Assembly (NCBI GenBank): GCA_030141605.1
Contig: JAQGDQ010000686.1
Location: 33,852 to 97,851 of the forward strand
Source: Tubiluchus corallicola
Taxonomy: Eukaryota > Animalia > Priapulida
Direction: 5' to 3'
Length of the DNA: 64,000 bases
Shown: positions 36,909 to 48,975 of the stretch, one piece after another
Numbering within the stretch: the first letter of the stretch is position 1
Layout of the letters: every line of letters begins with the position of its first letter
Translations under genes and position numbers: made by a program
The notes under the pieces: model-generated
The model's database searches: none
What the model was told of the DNA's origin: nothing
Seen by the model: only the letters and a program-made list of their open reading frames with translations

Positions 36909-37445
36909 TACAGATTACACAAAACAAGGCATCATTGATAAATCTTTAAAGCTGATGTCAACATAGCGCAATCTATTATCTTTCTTCCTACCATTTCCAC
37001 TAACACATCCTTTTACCCTTCCTGTGTGATCTAACCTTTCTCCCAGTTCTTTTTTAATTACTTAATTACGAAATTAATGGTACAGATTATGCAAAACAAG
37101 GCATCATTGATAAATCTTTAAAGCTGATGTCAACATAGCGCAATCTATGATCTTTCTTCCTACCATTTCCACTAACACATCCTTTTACCCTTCCTGTGTG
37201 ATCTAACCTTTCTCCCAGTTCTTTTTTTTGTTTACTCATCCATTCTTTTTTTATTGGGTTCATATGACAGTGGGCTTATACGAGCCTTTGCTTCTCTAGC
37301 CCACTGCAGTACAATTATTCTTTTATGATAAGGATAGTGTGTGAAACATAACAATTTAATACAGTAGATGTAATAATTTTGATGTCACTGTGTGCTTAAT
37401 GTCATTATATCGTACTGAATGTGATAATAATAATAAATAAAATAA
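36909..37445 (+). repeat. LINE 3'-end-like element, arm 1 of a ~540-bp inverted repeat
   Basis: Internal 171-bp duplication, stem-loop cagtgggct...agcccactg, (AAT)n/A-rich tail. Confidence 0.75.
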
Positions 37446-37889
37446 AATAATAAAAAAGACCCATCTCAGTTAATAGGTGCTCCAGTGAATGGGCAACTAA
37501 ATACTTGATTAACCAATGAAAAAAGCTGATTATGAAGCATTTTTAATATTTCTGACGCATTATCGAGTTTATATTTAATATTGTAATAACACAGAAAAGT
37601 GTGTAACGGAGTGTGGATGCAAACACAGCCGGTGAAGCTAGAGACAAAGAATTCCACGTTGGGCATGACGTATGCAAAAGTGGCTACAAACAATGGATAC
37701 AAACAGACTGTGGATCTGGAATGCTTTCATAAATAAGAAAGTAAAGATTACTTATAACACATGCAATTATTGATTTGTTTTACTGCCTCACAGTTCCAGC
37801 AACTAGTAAAGTCAGTGCTTCGTCACTTTGGGTCTGAGTCAAGTCGTCAGTCATTCATAACTAGTCCAAGGCAAGTCTCGGTCAATGAT

Positions 37890-38220
37890 ACATTTTCATT
37901 TCCACATAAATTGTGTGGAAACCGCACTAATAGTACACCGATGAGCAACATTTCAGAAACTGATCAGCAACCTGAATTGCTAAGTAATCAGCATTCTTGA
38001 AATGGAGCATACAAGTTACCAACAGTTCTGAATAAACCAATAAACTAAGCAACATGCTTGAAATGCACTACATAAGCGAGCAAAGGTTTTGTGAGAAAGC
38101 ACACAACTAGAAAACATGCTTCAAAAAGGCCAGAGCAATATTTTTAAGCAACTCAAGGACATATTCGAATCAAGCACCCTGCGAAAAAGTATACAGAAGA
38201 CTACAGTTGGTAGCTAGTTC
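37890..38220 (+). pseudogene. Relic of GPCR C-tail and 3' flank (copy 6-like)
   Basis: Reads FPHKLCGNRTNSTPMSNISETDQQPELLSNQHS*, homologous to the copy 6 tail FPHKLTENHISSAQVNNIPETGHHPTIQSNQIS*. Confidence 0.7.
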
Positions 38221-38294
38221 CATAAGGTCTTGATTTCAGTAAATGTTGCCTCATTAGAGATAAGCACATGCAGAAAGCTCTGAATAATGTTCTA

Positions 38295-38834
38295 AATTTT
38301 TTCATTTATTATTATTATCACATTCAGTACAATATGATGACATGAAGCACACAGTGACATCAAAATTATCACATCATGCTGTATTAAATTGTTATGTTTC
38401 ATACACTATCGTTATTGTAAGAGAATAATTGTACTGCAGTGGGCTAGAGAAGCAAAGGCTTGTATAAGCCCACTGTTATGTGAACCCGATAAAAAAAGAA
38501 TGGATGAGTGATAAAAAAAAGAATTGGGAGAAAGGTTAGATCACGCAGGAAGGGTAGAAGGATGTGTTAGTGGAAATGGTAGGAAGAAAGATAATAGATT
38601 GTGCAATATTGACATCAGCTCTAAAGATTTATCAATGATGCCTTGTTTTGCATAATCTGTACCAGTAATTTAGTAATTAAGTAATTAAAGAAGAACTGGG
38701 AGAAAGGTTGGATCCCACAGGAAGGGTAGAAGAATGTGTTAGTGGAAATGGTAGGAAGAAAGATAATAGATTGTGCTATGTTGACATCAGCTCTAAAGGT
38801 TTATCAGTGATGCCTTGTTTTGCGTAATCTGTAC
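38295..38834 (-). repeat. Inverted copy (arm 2) of 36909-37445
   Basis: Reverse complement with the same internal duplication. It sits at gttcta^cattgtat, which is empty in paralogous flanks (e.g. ~56075). Confidence 0.8.
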
Positions 38835-39616
38835 ATTGTATAAAGCATGGCGTTTAAATATTTTGTTTTTGTTGAAAAATTCTTAATTCTATGAAGGAAA
38901 AAAGAAAACGAAAGCAGTAATTTAAATCTGGGATGAGATTGACGATTGTCTGTGTTTCTAACAGCATTTACCATACACTTGTCTTAAAAGTCACAAAACC
39001 ATCTGCAGCATTTGTACCTCTCTCTCCGTCTATGTTTGTATCTCTGGCATTTGTATTTGTATTAGAGGGCAAAGCATGAAATTTAAATTTACTGAAACTG
39101 AGGTAAATGCTTTATGTAGCATAAATGACTTGCCGTAAATAGTAAGTATCTAATTACCCTAGATTTAACAGGTTTTGTCAATATATATAATATGGCGTGT
39201 GCCTAAATTCCGAAATGTTTTCATAGATCTCGCATGTAACACTTCAGTTGTATTTCAAAGCTGTTCGATACTTCTGTGTTTGATACCTATAAATTTTATA
39301 TGAGAAGCATTGTAATCATCTCTATGGTGCTCTTAATGTAAATAGCATCAATGTGCATTAAAGCAGTGGGAAGCTGAGCAATACTGAGGTGCTTCTAATA
39401 CCCTTTTAGCATAACAGTATGTTTTAAGAAGCAGCTATTACAGAGAAAAGATACCATCAACATTTGTTAAAATAAAACAAAGCCGTGGTGTGATGTTCAC
39501 CTTATTTCCTGTGACTGATGGTTTAGAATTTTGGTGGATTTTAGCAAAGATAGCAGTGTGCTACATTTGTATACAGCTCTGACTTTTGCTTTTTGAAAAG
39601 TAAAAATATTGTGAAT

Positions 39617-40534
39617 ATGAATTCGTCTTCATTTTCAGTGGATTTTGCTGGTGTAAATACAACAGAAGCTGCTGACATTCTTGTAGCTGATTTATCATTT
39701 ATCGTAATTATAATGCTGCTGCTCTCATTATCCGACTTGGCTATAATTGCTGGAAACTTATTAGTGTTGATTGCGATTTACAAGAATTCTCGCTTACAAA
39801 CAAAAACGAATGTATTTATAGCATCGCTTGCAGTGACTGACTTACTTGTTGCCATATCTGTACCAGCAAAAATTACCATGATGTTCTACCCCAGAGTAAG
39901 ATTAAACTATGTCTTTGTATTGATACTGCACACAATTAAATTTTCAGCAATGGATGCAAGTGTATATCATCTGTGCCTGATAGCTGCTGAAAGATATATA
40001 GCTGTTGTTCATCCATTCAGGTATCACACCATCGTGAGAAAAGAAACCATTGTTGTAGCACTTTGCATTACCTGGGCTTTTGCTTTGATTCAGGCACAGA
40101 TTTTTCTTAATCTGAATTTGAGTAACATTTTCAAAGGCTCTGCTACACTGAGCTCATCAATTATAATTAATATTTTAACGTTTTATTTACCAATATTTGC
40201 AATTCTTGTAATGTATGCCCTAATTTGGAGAATCGCAAGAAGACATGCCTTACAGATACACAATCAAGGTCAAGCAAACCATCCAAACATGATGCATATT
40301 AAAGCAACAAAAACTTTAGGCATTGTTACCTTTGCATTTCTGGTATGTTGGGGTCCTTTTAAACTGTATCAGACAGTTTGTTATATATTGTCACATGAAA
40401 AGAAATACGAAACAGCTCAGATTTTACTTACCCTTGGAATTGTCAACAGTGCTGTTAATCCAATCATATATGCATTTTCTAATACTGACTTTAAAATGGC
40501 TTTCAAGAACATTTGGTTCCCACAGCAAACATGA
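39617..40534 (+). CDS. Class A orphan GPCR copy 9
   Basis: Intact ORF, long-ECL2 type, with Lys at 2.60, 3.32 and 6.52. Confidence 0.92.
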   Translation: MNSSSFSVDFAGVNTTEAADILVADLSFIVIIMLLLSLSDLAIIAGNLLVLIAIYKNSRLQTKTNVFIASLAVTDLLVAISVPAKITMMFYPRVRLNYVFVLILHTIKFSAMDASVYHLCLIAAERYIAVVHPFRYHTIVRKETIVVALCITWAFALIQAQIFLNLNLSNIFKGSATLSSSIIINILTFYLPIFAILVMYALIWRIARRHALQIHNQGQANHPNMMHIKATKTLGIVTFAFLVCWGPFKLYQTVCYILSHEKKYETAQILLTLGIVNSAVNPIIYAFSNTDFKMAFKNIWFPQQT

Positions 40535-40919
40535 AATAAAGCCCATAAAAGAACAACATTCTCGAAGTGGAGCAAACAACGAAGCAGTGTACTTAATATC
40601 AGGCATAAAACTAAGCGATGTATCAAAATCAGACAGGTAACATCAACTATTAAAAAATAGAAAAAGGTTGTTACTGTCACCTGTTAATGTTACCAGTGGG
40701 CAGGTTCAGATTTCCTTCTCTTTTATTGTGACCAAGCTTGCACCTTGCTGACTACTTACACGGAGGCTGAATATATTTGTTTCTAAAATGCTAGGCCTAA
40801 GTGTTTCTCCAGTTTTATTTGTTTTCCATTTTATTACGAACTGTTTGTTCTGCAACATTTTTGTGGTTTGAAAATGTCTATCTCTGGCAGGCAGGGATTG
40901 ACATTTAAGTTTTATAATT

Positions 40920-41857
40920 CATACCTGTCAACTTATACGGTTTGGCCGTATTTTGTACGGGAAAAATGCATTTTTGGCCCAATACGGCTTACAAGAAAAT
41001 CCATACAGCGAAAAGAAAAATATACGGCAAAACCAAAATGTTGCTCAGCGAAAATAATCGCATCGAATATTCCCTTTTCGATCGGTACTTTCATGCAGAC
41101 GATCTTACTTCCATTCAAACGTTGTCATTGCGCACACTCAGCTAATAATTTTTAACATCTGGTTAACCACTTCCGCTATTTCATTCGCCATTTTCTCAAC
41201 ACGTGGACACAAGGAAAGTGTAGCGAAAACTAAAACTTTTCGGTCGATGGATGATCATTTCAAACCAGCGAAGGAACATGTTGTTAGCTCTAATGCCACA
41301 GCTGCAGAAATTTTATTTTGTCAGTTTGTGGCCGAACATGCCACCTTCCATTGCGGACCATTTCAGTGACTTGATGCATGCGATGTTTCCTGACAGCAAA
41401 GTTGCTGCCGAATTCGCGTGCAAACGAACGAAAACAACGATGATAATCAAGGAAAGCCAGTTTTGCAGTAAAGTAATTCAGTGACAGTATAACAGGATAT
41501 AAGGAAGAATGTAAGATTAACTTGAACCCTCTCTCGTTTTTATGTGTTTTGTCTTTTTTTTAATATATATGTATATATAAAGTTAAGTGTTTGTTACAAA
41601 ATTCCATCTGATATGCATACATAAATAATATCACACCATAACTAAATAGTTTTTTTTTCATGAAAACAAAACAATAAAATCATGTTCCAATGATTTTTTG
41701 TTGTTGTGTGGACTGATATGCGATCTCGTGACTGGTCTGTTTCTGTTGGCTCCCAGCAAATTAACATATTTTCAGATTCGGTAAGGTCCCGTGCTGTCTT
41801 ATAAGGTTTAGCAAGACCCTATATAAGGGCAACGCTAATAACAGGTTGACAGGTATG
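40920..41857 (+). mobile_element. Non-autonomous hAT-like element with transposase remnant and 6-bp TSD
   Basis: TIR CATACCTGTCAAC / GTTGACAGGTATG with ATAATT on both sides. Remnant AAEILFCQFVAEH..IADHFSDLMHAMFPDSKVAAEFACKRTKTT. Empty site at ~45930. Confidence 0.85.
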
Positions 41858-42480
41858 ATAATTATCTGTTTTTGGAATGTTGTTACCTGAATTATTTTTC
41901 AGTAGAGTGTTGTTTGCATTATTTGCTGTTTGTTATGGAACTGTTTATTGGAAATAGTAACATAACAACTGTTTGCCAAAACGTTTGTCAAATATTGTAT
42001 ACAGTAGCTTAGTTCAAGATACAATAAATCACATTTTGATCAATCATGACTGTCATGGCTGCTTTGTGAAATGCCATATACTTGTCTTAAAAGTCACAAA
42101 AAACATCTATGGGATTTGTATCTCTATCTTTGGTATTAAAGGGTAAAGCCTGCAATATAGGTGACCGAAACTGAGGACAAATGATCTAAGTTAACAAGTT
42201 TTGTCACAACAATGTTCTCAAGTATAATTTTCAAACAGTAAATAGAAACTTAATGCTCGTACTTATGTCTGAAACAAACTATCATCTCCTATATTTTTTC
42301 TGTATAGTTCACATTTACTATATTGTTTCACTAAAAACCACTTTGCCATCTTTATCATCAATATCAACATCAATGACATCACCATCATACTGTCCTCGTC
42401 ACTATATTAATCAGCAATAACGATGACAATAATCCCAAAAAGCAACAGCAAGGATCTGCAAAGTCTTAGTGCTAAACATT

Positions 42481-44205
42481 AGGTGTAACTCTATTCAGAC
42501 TGGTAGCAACGACCTGGAAGAACTAGTGGAGAAGTTTTGGAACCTAGAATCTTATACAGATGAGACTAAATTTTCGATTGAAGATAAAAAGCCCATAAAA
42601 ATTTGGGAAGGCTCTGCAGTTAGGGAATATCCCATTTAGGTCAGAGAATCCTCAACTGCCAGATAATTTAGTCATGGCTCAAACACGTCTTGAGAATTTG
42701 CGCAAAAGGCTTCAACGGGACAAAGTTCTTCATGAAAAGTATACACAGGAAATTACCACGCTGTTGGACAGTGGGCATGCTGAACCAGTCGAAGTTAATG
42801 ACATTGGAATACCCAGAAAGGTGTGGTATCTACCCCACTTTGCAGTTCACCAAGAATCTAGTCCAGAAAAAACCAGAGTTGTGTTTGATTGTCGAGCCAG
42901 TTTTGCAGAAACTACATTGAACAAGGTTGTTCTACAAGGTCCTGATCTTACAAATAAGCTGCTGGGTGTATTGTTAAGATTCAGAGAAAATCCAATTGCA
43001 GTCACAGTAGATATACAGAAGATGTTCTATCAGGTGAGGGTGCCTCCTGAAGATAGGAATGTCCTGAGATTCCTATGGTGGCCCGATGGGGATTTGGAAA
43101 AGACGCCTAAAGTTTACAGAATGACTGTACACGTATTTGGGGGTGTATGGTGCCCGAGCATAGCCACCTTCTCAGTCCAAAGAACCGCCAAGGAGAACCG
43201 CAGTTTGTATGAAGAATCGGTCATCCAGACAATTCTTAGAAACCTCTACACGAACGATTGTTTGTCCTCCTTTAAGATGAATGAGGAAGCTATTCATACT
43301 GTTCAGCAGTTATTGACAAAGTGGAGCAGCAATAGTAAACAGGTTATCCAGTCCATAGCCCCAGATGAAAGAGGAAAGCAGATCAAGGATCTAGATTTAG
43401 AATCCAGCTCTTTACCCACTGAAAACGTGCTTGGAATCTGCTGGAACATGGAAACTGACATGTTCACCATCCAGATTAAAGACAAGATCAAGCCAGCAAC
43501 CCGTCAAGGACTTCTGAGCTTACTGTCTTCAGTATATGATCCGCTTGGTATATTGAATCCAAATATTTTTCAAGCTAAGCTACTATTCCAAGAAGAATGC
43601 CGGCAAGGCAAAGGCTGGGATGATGAACATCAGCCTCAAGTAAGGAGACAGTGGACAAACTCGTTATCTGAGCTGCAGAATTTGCAAGCAGTTCAACTTG
43701 ACCGCTGTTGTGTTCTACTGTTATACTGTTTTTGTTATACTGTTTTTGTTATAGGCATTATAAACAACTATTGTAAATGTAGCAAAACACCATTTAAGGG
43801 GGGAGTGTTAAGGCCAGTGTGAACCTGACATAATAAATTTTAATTTTGTAGCCAAGGTGGCTCCATCTAGCTAGAAAGTTTAAAGTGTGGGCATTGACCT
43901 AGTTACGTTTTTCACTTATGCTGTGAACGTGTGAGTGAACATGTGTCTTGTACAAGCTAGTGAAATTTTCATTTAGATATATTCCGCAACATTGTAAGTT
44001 TACTTCTATTAATTTTTATTTTGATTTAATCACTGATATTTATGAATGGACTAAACTATGTAACAATCTAACTAAATTAGCCAATGTCAGTCACTTTTGC
44101 CTTTCTATTTTTTTTAAATATTGCAGAAATAAAGATCAGTGGTTTACATGAAAATTCAACTGAGACTTTAGAAGTTGTCATAAATGCCTCTCAGAGACAC
44201 TAACA
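42481..44205 (+). mobile_element. BEL/Pao LTR retrotransposon remnant (RT region + 3' LTR)
   Basis: ORF 42674-43822 contains WYLPHFAV, RVVFDC, GPDL..LLRFRE, DIQKMFYQV, LRFLWW, VFG, degenerate YTND, YDPLG. Polypurine tract aaggggggag precedes LTR 43806-44205 (TGTTA...TAACA). Integrase and 5' part are missing. Confidence 0.9.
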
Positions 44206-44648
44206 TATATTATTCTATATAATATGGTGTGCGCCTAAATTCTGAAATGTTTGCATAGATCTTGCATGTAACACTTCAGTTGTATTACAAAACTGTTCAA
44301 CACTTGTGTGTTTGATACATATAAATTTTATATGAGAAGCATTGTAATCATCTCTGTGCTGCTCTTAATGTAAATAACATCATATTGCATTAAAGCAGTG
44401 GGAAGCTGAGAAATACCGAGGTGCTTCTAACTCCCTCTTAGAGCATCAGTATGTTTTAAGAAGCAGCTATCGCAGAGAAAAGATACCAACAACATTTGTT
44501 AAAATAAAACAAAGCCATAGTATGATGTTCACCTTATTGCCTGTGACTGGTGGTTTAGAATTTTGGTGGATTTTAACAAAGATAGCAGTGTGCTAAATTT
44601 GCATACAGCTCTGAATTTTGCTTTTTGAAAAGTAAAAATATTGTGAAT

Positions 44649-45542
44649 ATGAATTCGACTTCATTTTGGTTGGACATTTTTGCAGCAAATACAACAGAAG
44701 CTACTGACATTCTTGTATCTGATTTATCATTTATCGTAATTATGATGCTGCTGCTCTCATTATCCGACTTGGTTATAATTGCTGGAAACTTGTTAGTGTT
44801 GACTGCAATTTATAAGAATCCTCGCTTACAAACAAAAACAAATGTGTTTATAGCATCGCTTGCAGTGACTGACTTACTTGTTGTCATACCTGTTCTAATA
44901 GAAATTATGGAGCTCATCTATCCAGCTGTGAGATTAAACCTCACATACACATTGATACCGTACACATTTGAATTTTCAATGGTAAATGCAAGTGTATATC
45001 ATCTGTGCCTGATAGCTGCTGAAAGATATATAGCTGTTGTTCATCCATTCAAGTATCACACCATAGTGAGAAAAGAAACCATTGTCGCGGCAGTTTGTAC
45101 TATTTGGACTTTTGCTTTAATACAAGCGGTTATTTTTTCTTTGAATAACATTTTTTCTGCACGAAGTTTATCAATTCTTTATCTTATTTCATCATTTTAT
45201 TTACCAGTATTTGTGATTCTTGTGCTGTATGTCCTAATTTGGAGAACCGCAAGAAAACATGTCTTACAGATACACAGTCAAGGTCAAGAAAGCCATCCAA
45301 ATGTGATGCAAATGAAAGCAACGAAAACTTTAGCCATCGTTACCTTTGCTTTTCTGGTATGCTGGGGTCCTTTATCACTGTATGAGATGTTTTACCATAT
45401 ATCATCTCAAGAAACGAAATATGAAACATCTCAGATATTACTTACTTTGGGAATTATCAATAGTGCTGTTAATCCAATCGTGTATGCATTTTCTAGCACT
45501 GACTTTAGACTGGCTTTCAAGAACATTTTGTTCCCACAGTAA
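44649..45542 (+). CDS. Class A orphan GPCR copy 10
   Basis: Intact ORF; short-ECL2 type. Confidence 0.92.
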   Translation: MNSTSFWLDIFAANTTEATDILVSDLSFIVIMMLLLSLSDLVIIAGNLLVLTAIYKNPRLQTKTNVFIASLAVTDLLVVIPVLIEIMELIYPAVRLNLTYTLIPYTFEFSMVNASVYHLCLIAAERYIAVVHPFKYHTIVRKETIVAAVCTIWTFALIQAVIFSLNNIFSARSLSILYLISSFYLPVFVILVLYVLIWRTARKHVLQIHSQGQESHPNVMQMKATKTLAIVTFAFLVCWGPLSLYEMFYHISSQETKYETSQILLTLGIINSAVNPIVYAFSSTDFRLAFKNILFPQ

Positions 45543-47279
45543 ACATGAAATAAAGCCCACAAATGAACAGCATTCTTGAAGTGGAGCAAACAACTAAGCA
45601 GTGTACTTAATATCAGGCATAAATCTTGTGATATATCAAAATCAGACAGTTAACATCAATTATTAAAACAAAGAAAAAGGCAGTTACTGTCACCTGTTAA
45701 TGTTATAAGTTTGCAGGTTCAGATTCCCTTCTCTTTTATTGTGACCAAGCTTGCACCTTGCTGACTACTTACACGGAGGCTGGCTATATTTGTTTCTAAA
45801 GTGCTAGGCCTAAGTGTTTCTCCAGTTTTATTTGTTTTCAATTTTATTTCAAACTGTTTGTTCTGCAACATTTTTTGTGGTTTGAAAATGTCTGTCTCTG
45901 GCAGGCAGGGTTTGACACTCAAGTTTTGTAATTATCTGTTTTTGGAATGTTGTTACCCGAATTATTTTTCAGCAGAGTGTTGTTTGCATTATTTGCTGTT
46001 TGTTGCGGAACTGGTTATTGGAAATAGTAATATAACAACTGTTTGGCAAAATTTTTGTCAAATATTGTATACAGTTAGCTTAGTTCAAGATACAATAAAT
46101 TACATTTTGATCAATCATGTTTGCCATGGCTGCTTTGTGAAATGCCATATACTTATATCTATGTGCAGTCAGTTTACACTTGAGTAAAATGTTTGTGCAT
46201 TATTAGTGTCTTAAAAGTCACAAAAACATCTGTAGGATTTGAATCTCTTTCCTTTGGTATTAAAGGGAAAAGCCTGCAATATAGATGACCGAAACTGACG
46301 AGAAATGATCTAAGTTAATAAGTTTTGTCACTACAATTTTGCCATTTTTATCATCAACGTCATCAACATTATCATCATCATCCTACTGTCATTGTCACTG
46401 TTATATTAATAGCAATAACAGTGAGAACAATCCCAAAAAACAACAGCAAGCGACCTACAAACTCTTAGTAGTAAACATTACAAAGTCTACTTTAACAAAA
46501 ATTGGACAATCATCATCATTATCATCGCTATCATCATTGCCACACTCATCATCATTATTATTATTATTATGATCAACATCATTATTTATTTCCATCATTG
46601 TCACCAAGATCATCATCGACGACAAAAACAACAATAACAGCAACAGAAACAACATGGATCCATTTCCAAAAAAAATGTTAAATCATTAAATTTGTATTTT
46701 AAAAAAATAAAAGTTACATAAAAACATTTTACATAGCATTCAGAATGAATTGAAATCATTATAACTAATGATGCACAAACATTTTACTCAGTGTAAACTG
46801 ACTGTACATAGATGTGATAATAATAAATATACATGTCATAATAATATATATTATTCCATATAATATGGCGTGTGCCTAAATTCCGAAATGTTTTCATAGA
46901 TCTTGCATGTAACACTTCAATTGTATTACAAAGCAGTTTGACACTTGTGTGTTTGATACCTATAAATTTTATATGAGATGCATTGTAATCATCCCTGTGG
47001 TGCTCTTAATGTAAATAACATCATATTGCATCAAAGCAGTGGGAAGCTTTGAAATACCGAGGTGCGTCTAATACCCTTTTAGGGCATCAGTATGTTTTAA
47101 GAACTAGCTATTACAGAGAAAAGATACTACCAACCTTTGTTAAAATAAAACAAAGCCATGGTGTGATGTTCCTGTGCCTGGTGGTTTAGAATTTTGATGG
47201 ATTTTAACAAAGACGGCAGTGTGCTACATTTGTATACAGCTCTGACTTTTGCTTTTTGAAAAGTAAAAATATTGCGAAT

Positions 47280-48147
47280 ATGAATTGCAATATAACAGAA
47301 GCTGCTGACATTCTTGTGTCAGATTTTCCATTCATTGTAATAATGGTGCTGCTGCTCACATTATCTGACTTGGCTATAACTGCAGGAAACTTATTAGTGT
47401 TGATTGCAAACAAAAACAAATGTGTTTATAGCGCCGCTTGCAGTGACTGACTTACTTGTTGCCATATCTGTACCAGCAGAAATTGCCATGATGCTCTATC
47501 CCAGAGTAAGATTAAACCGCGTCTCTGCATAGATATTGTACACATTTGAATTTTCAATGACGAATGCAAGTATTTACCACCTATGCCTGATAGGTGCTGA
47601 AAGATATATAGCTGTTGTTCATCCATTCAGGTATCATACCATCGCGAGAAAAGAAACCATTGTTGCAGCACTTTGCATTACTTGGGCTTTTGCTTTGATT
47701 CAGGCACAGATTTTTGTTAATTTGAATTTGAGTAACATTTTCAAAGGCATCGCTACACTGAGCTCATCAATTTTCTTCAATGTTCTAACAATTCATTTAC
47801 CAATATTCATGATTCTTATACTGTATGCCCTAATTTGGAGAACTGCAAAAAGACACATCTTGCAGATACACAGTCAAGGTCAAGAAGGTCAAGAAAGCCA
47901 TCCAAATGTGACACAAATGAAAGCAACAAAAACTTTAGACATTGTTACCTTTGCTTTTCTGGTATGCTGGGGTCCTTTGTCTCTGTAGGAGACGTTTTCT
48001 TATATATTATCTCATGAAAAGAAATATGAAACATACCAGATTTTATTCACCCTTGGAATTATCAACAGTGCTGTTAATCCAATTGTGTACGCATTTTCTA
48101 GCACTGACTGTAGACAGGCATTCAAGAACATTTTGCTTCCACATTAG
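47280..48147 (+). pseudogene. GPCR copy 11, pseudogene
   Basis: N-terminal and ICL1 deletions with frameshift, TAG stops at ~47530 and ~47986, and a 9-bp duplication in ICL3. Confidence 0.9.
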
Positions 48148-48534
48148 TGGGTTGGCGGGGAATTCCGTTAATTGAGCACACAAATAAATAGCATACTTGA
48201 AGCGGAGTATGCACTGAGTAATAGGCATGAAATACTGAACAATTGAACAATATTCATGAAATTGAGAACACAACTGAGGATCATGCACAAATGTGTTTTC
48301 CCAGTTTTATTATTTCTTTTTAATTTTATTGCAGTATATTTGCTTTGCTCCATGTATTTTGTGGTTTGAGAATTAGGTATTGACAGGTTTGAGAATTAGG
48401 TAAGAAGTAGGGATTGACATTTAAGATTTATAATTATATGTTTCTGGAATGTTGTTACCTGAATATTTTTCAGTTGAGTGTTCTGTGCATTACTTGTTGT
48501 TTGTTGTGGAACTGGTTATTGGAAATTGCAGGAC

Positions 48535-48975
48535 TGTACTGGAATCTTGCATTGGCATGCTTTGCGGCCTTCGCTTGTTGTTGGCTTTGGCCACCTTGTG
48601 GTGATTTTTGGCCTGGTCACGTGATCAATTTGATCGGTGTCACAGGCCTACTGTGAAGTGAGGACGTGTCATGGTGGGTTGATAAGATGTTGTCGTTATC
48701 TGTTGCAATTGCTTATGATTTGGGGTTAATAACGTACGTATACAATCTAATTACTTTACAATATTTAAATTTACTATTAGATAACAGCTATTTATTGATT
48801 AATGCGACTGTGCAGTGTGAAACTCTGAATTATGTAAAATTGACTTTTGGCTAGTGTTATTTTTTGTCATTTGTTTATGGTTTTGTTTAGATGGAATGAT
48901 ATGTTTTGGTAAATAAAGAGGGAAGAAAGAGCAAAATGTAATCTAGCTTCAAATTTGGTTTTGAAAGCCCAAACA
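48535..48975 (+). mobile_element. Solo LTR
   Basis: TG...CA termini, internal AATAAA, 5-bp TSD AGGAC. Empty site in the paralogous flank near 59610. Confidence 0.8.
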
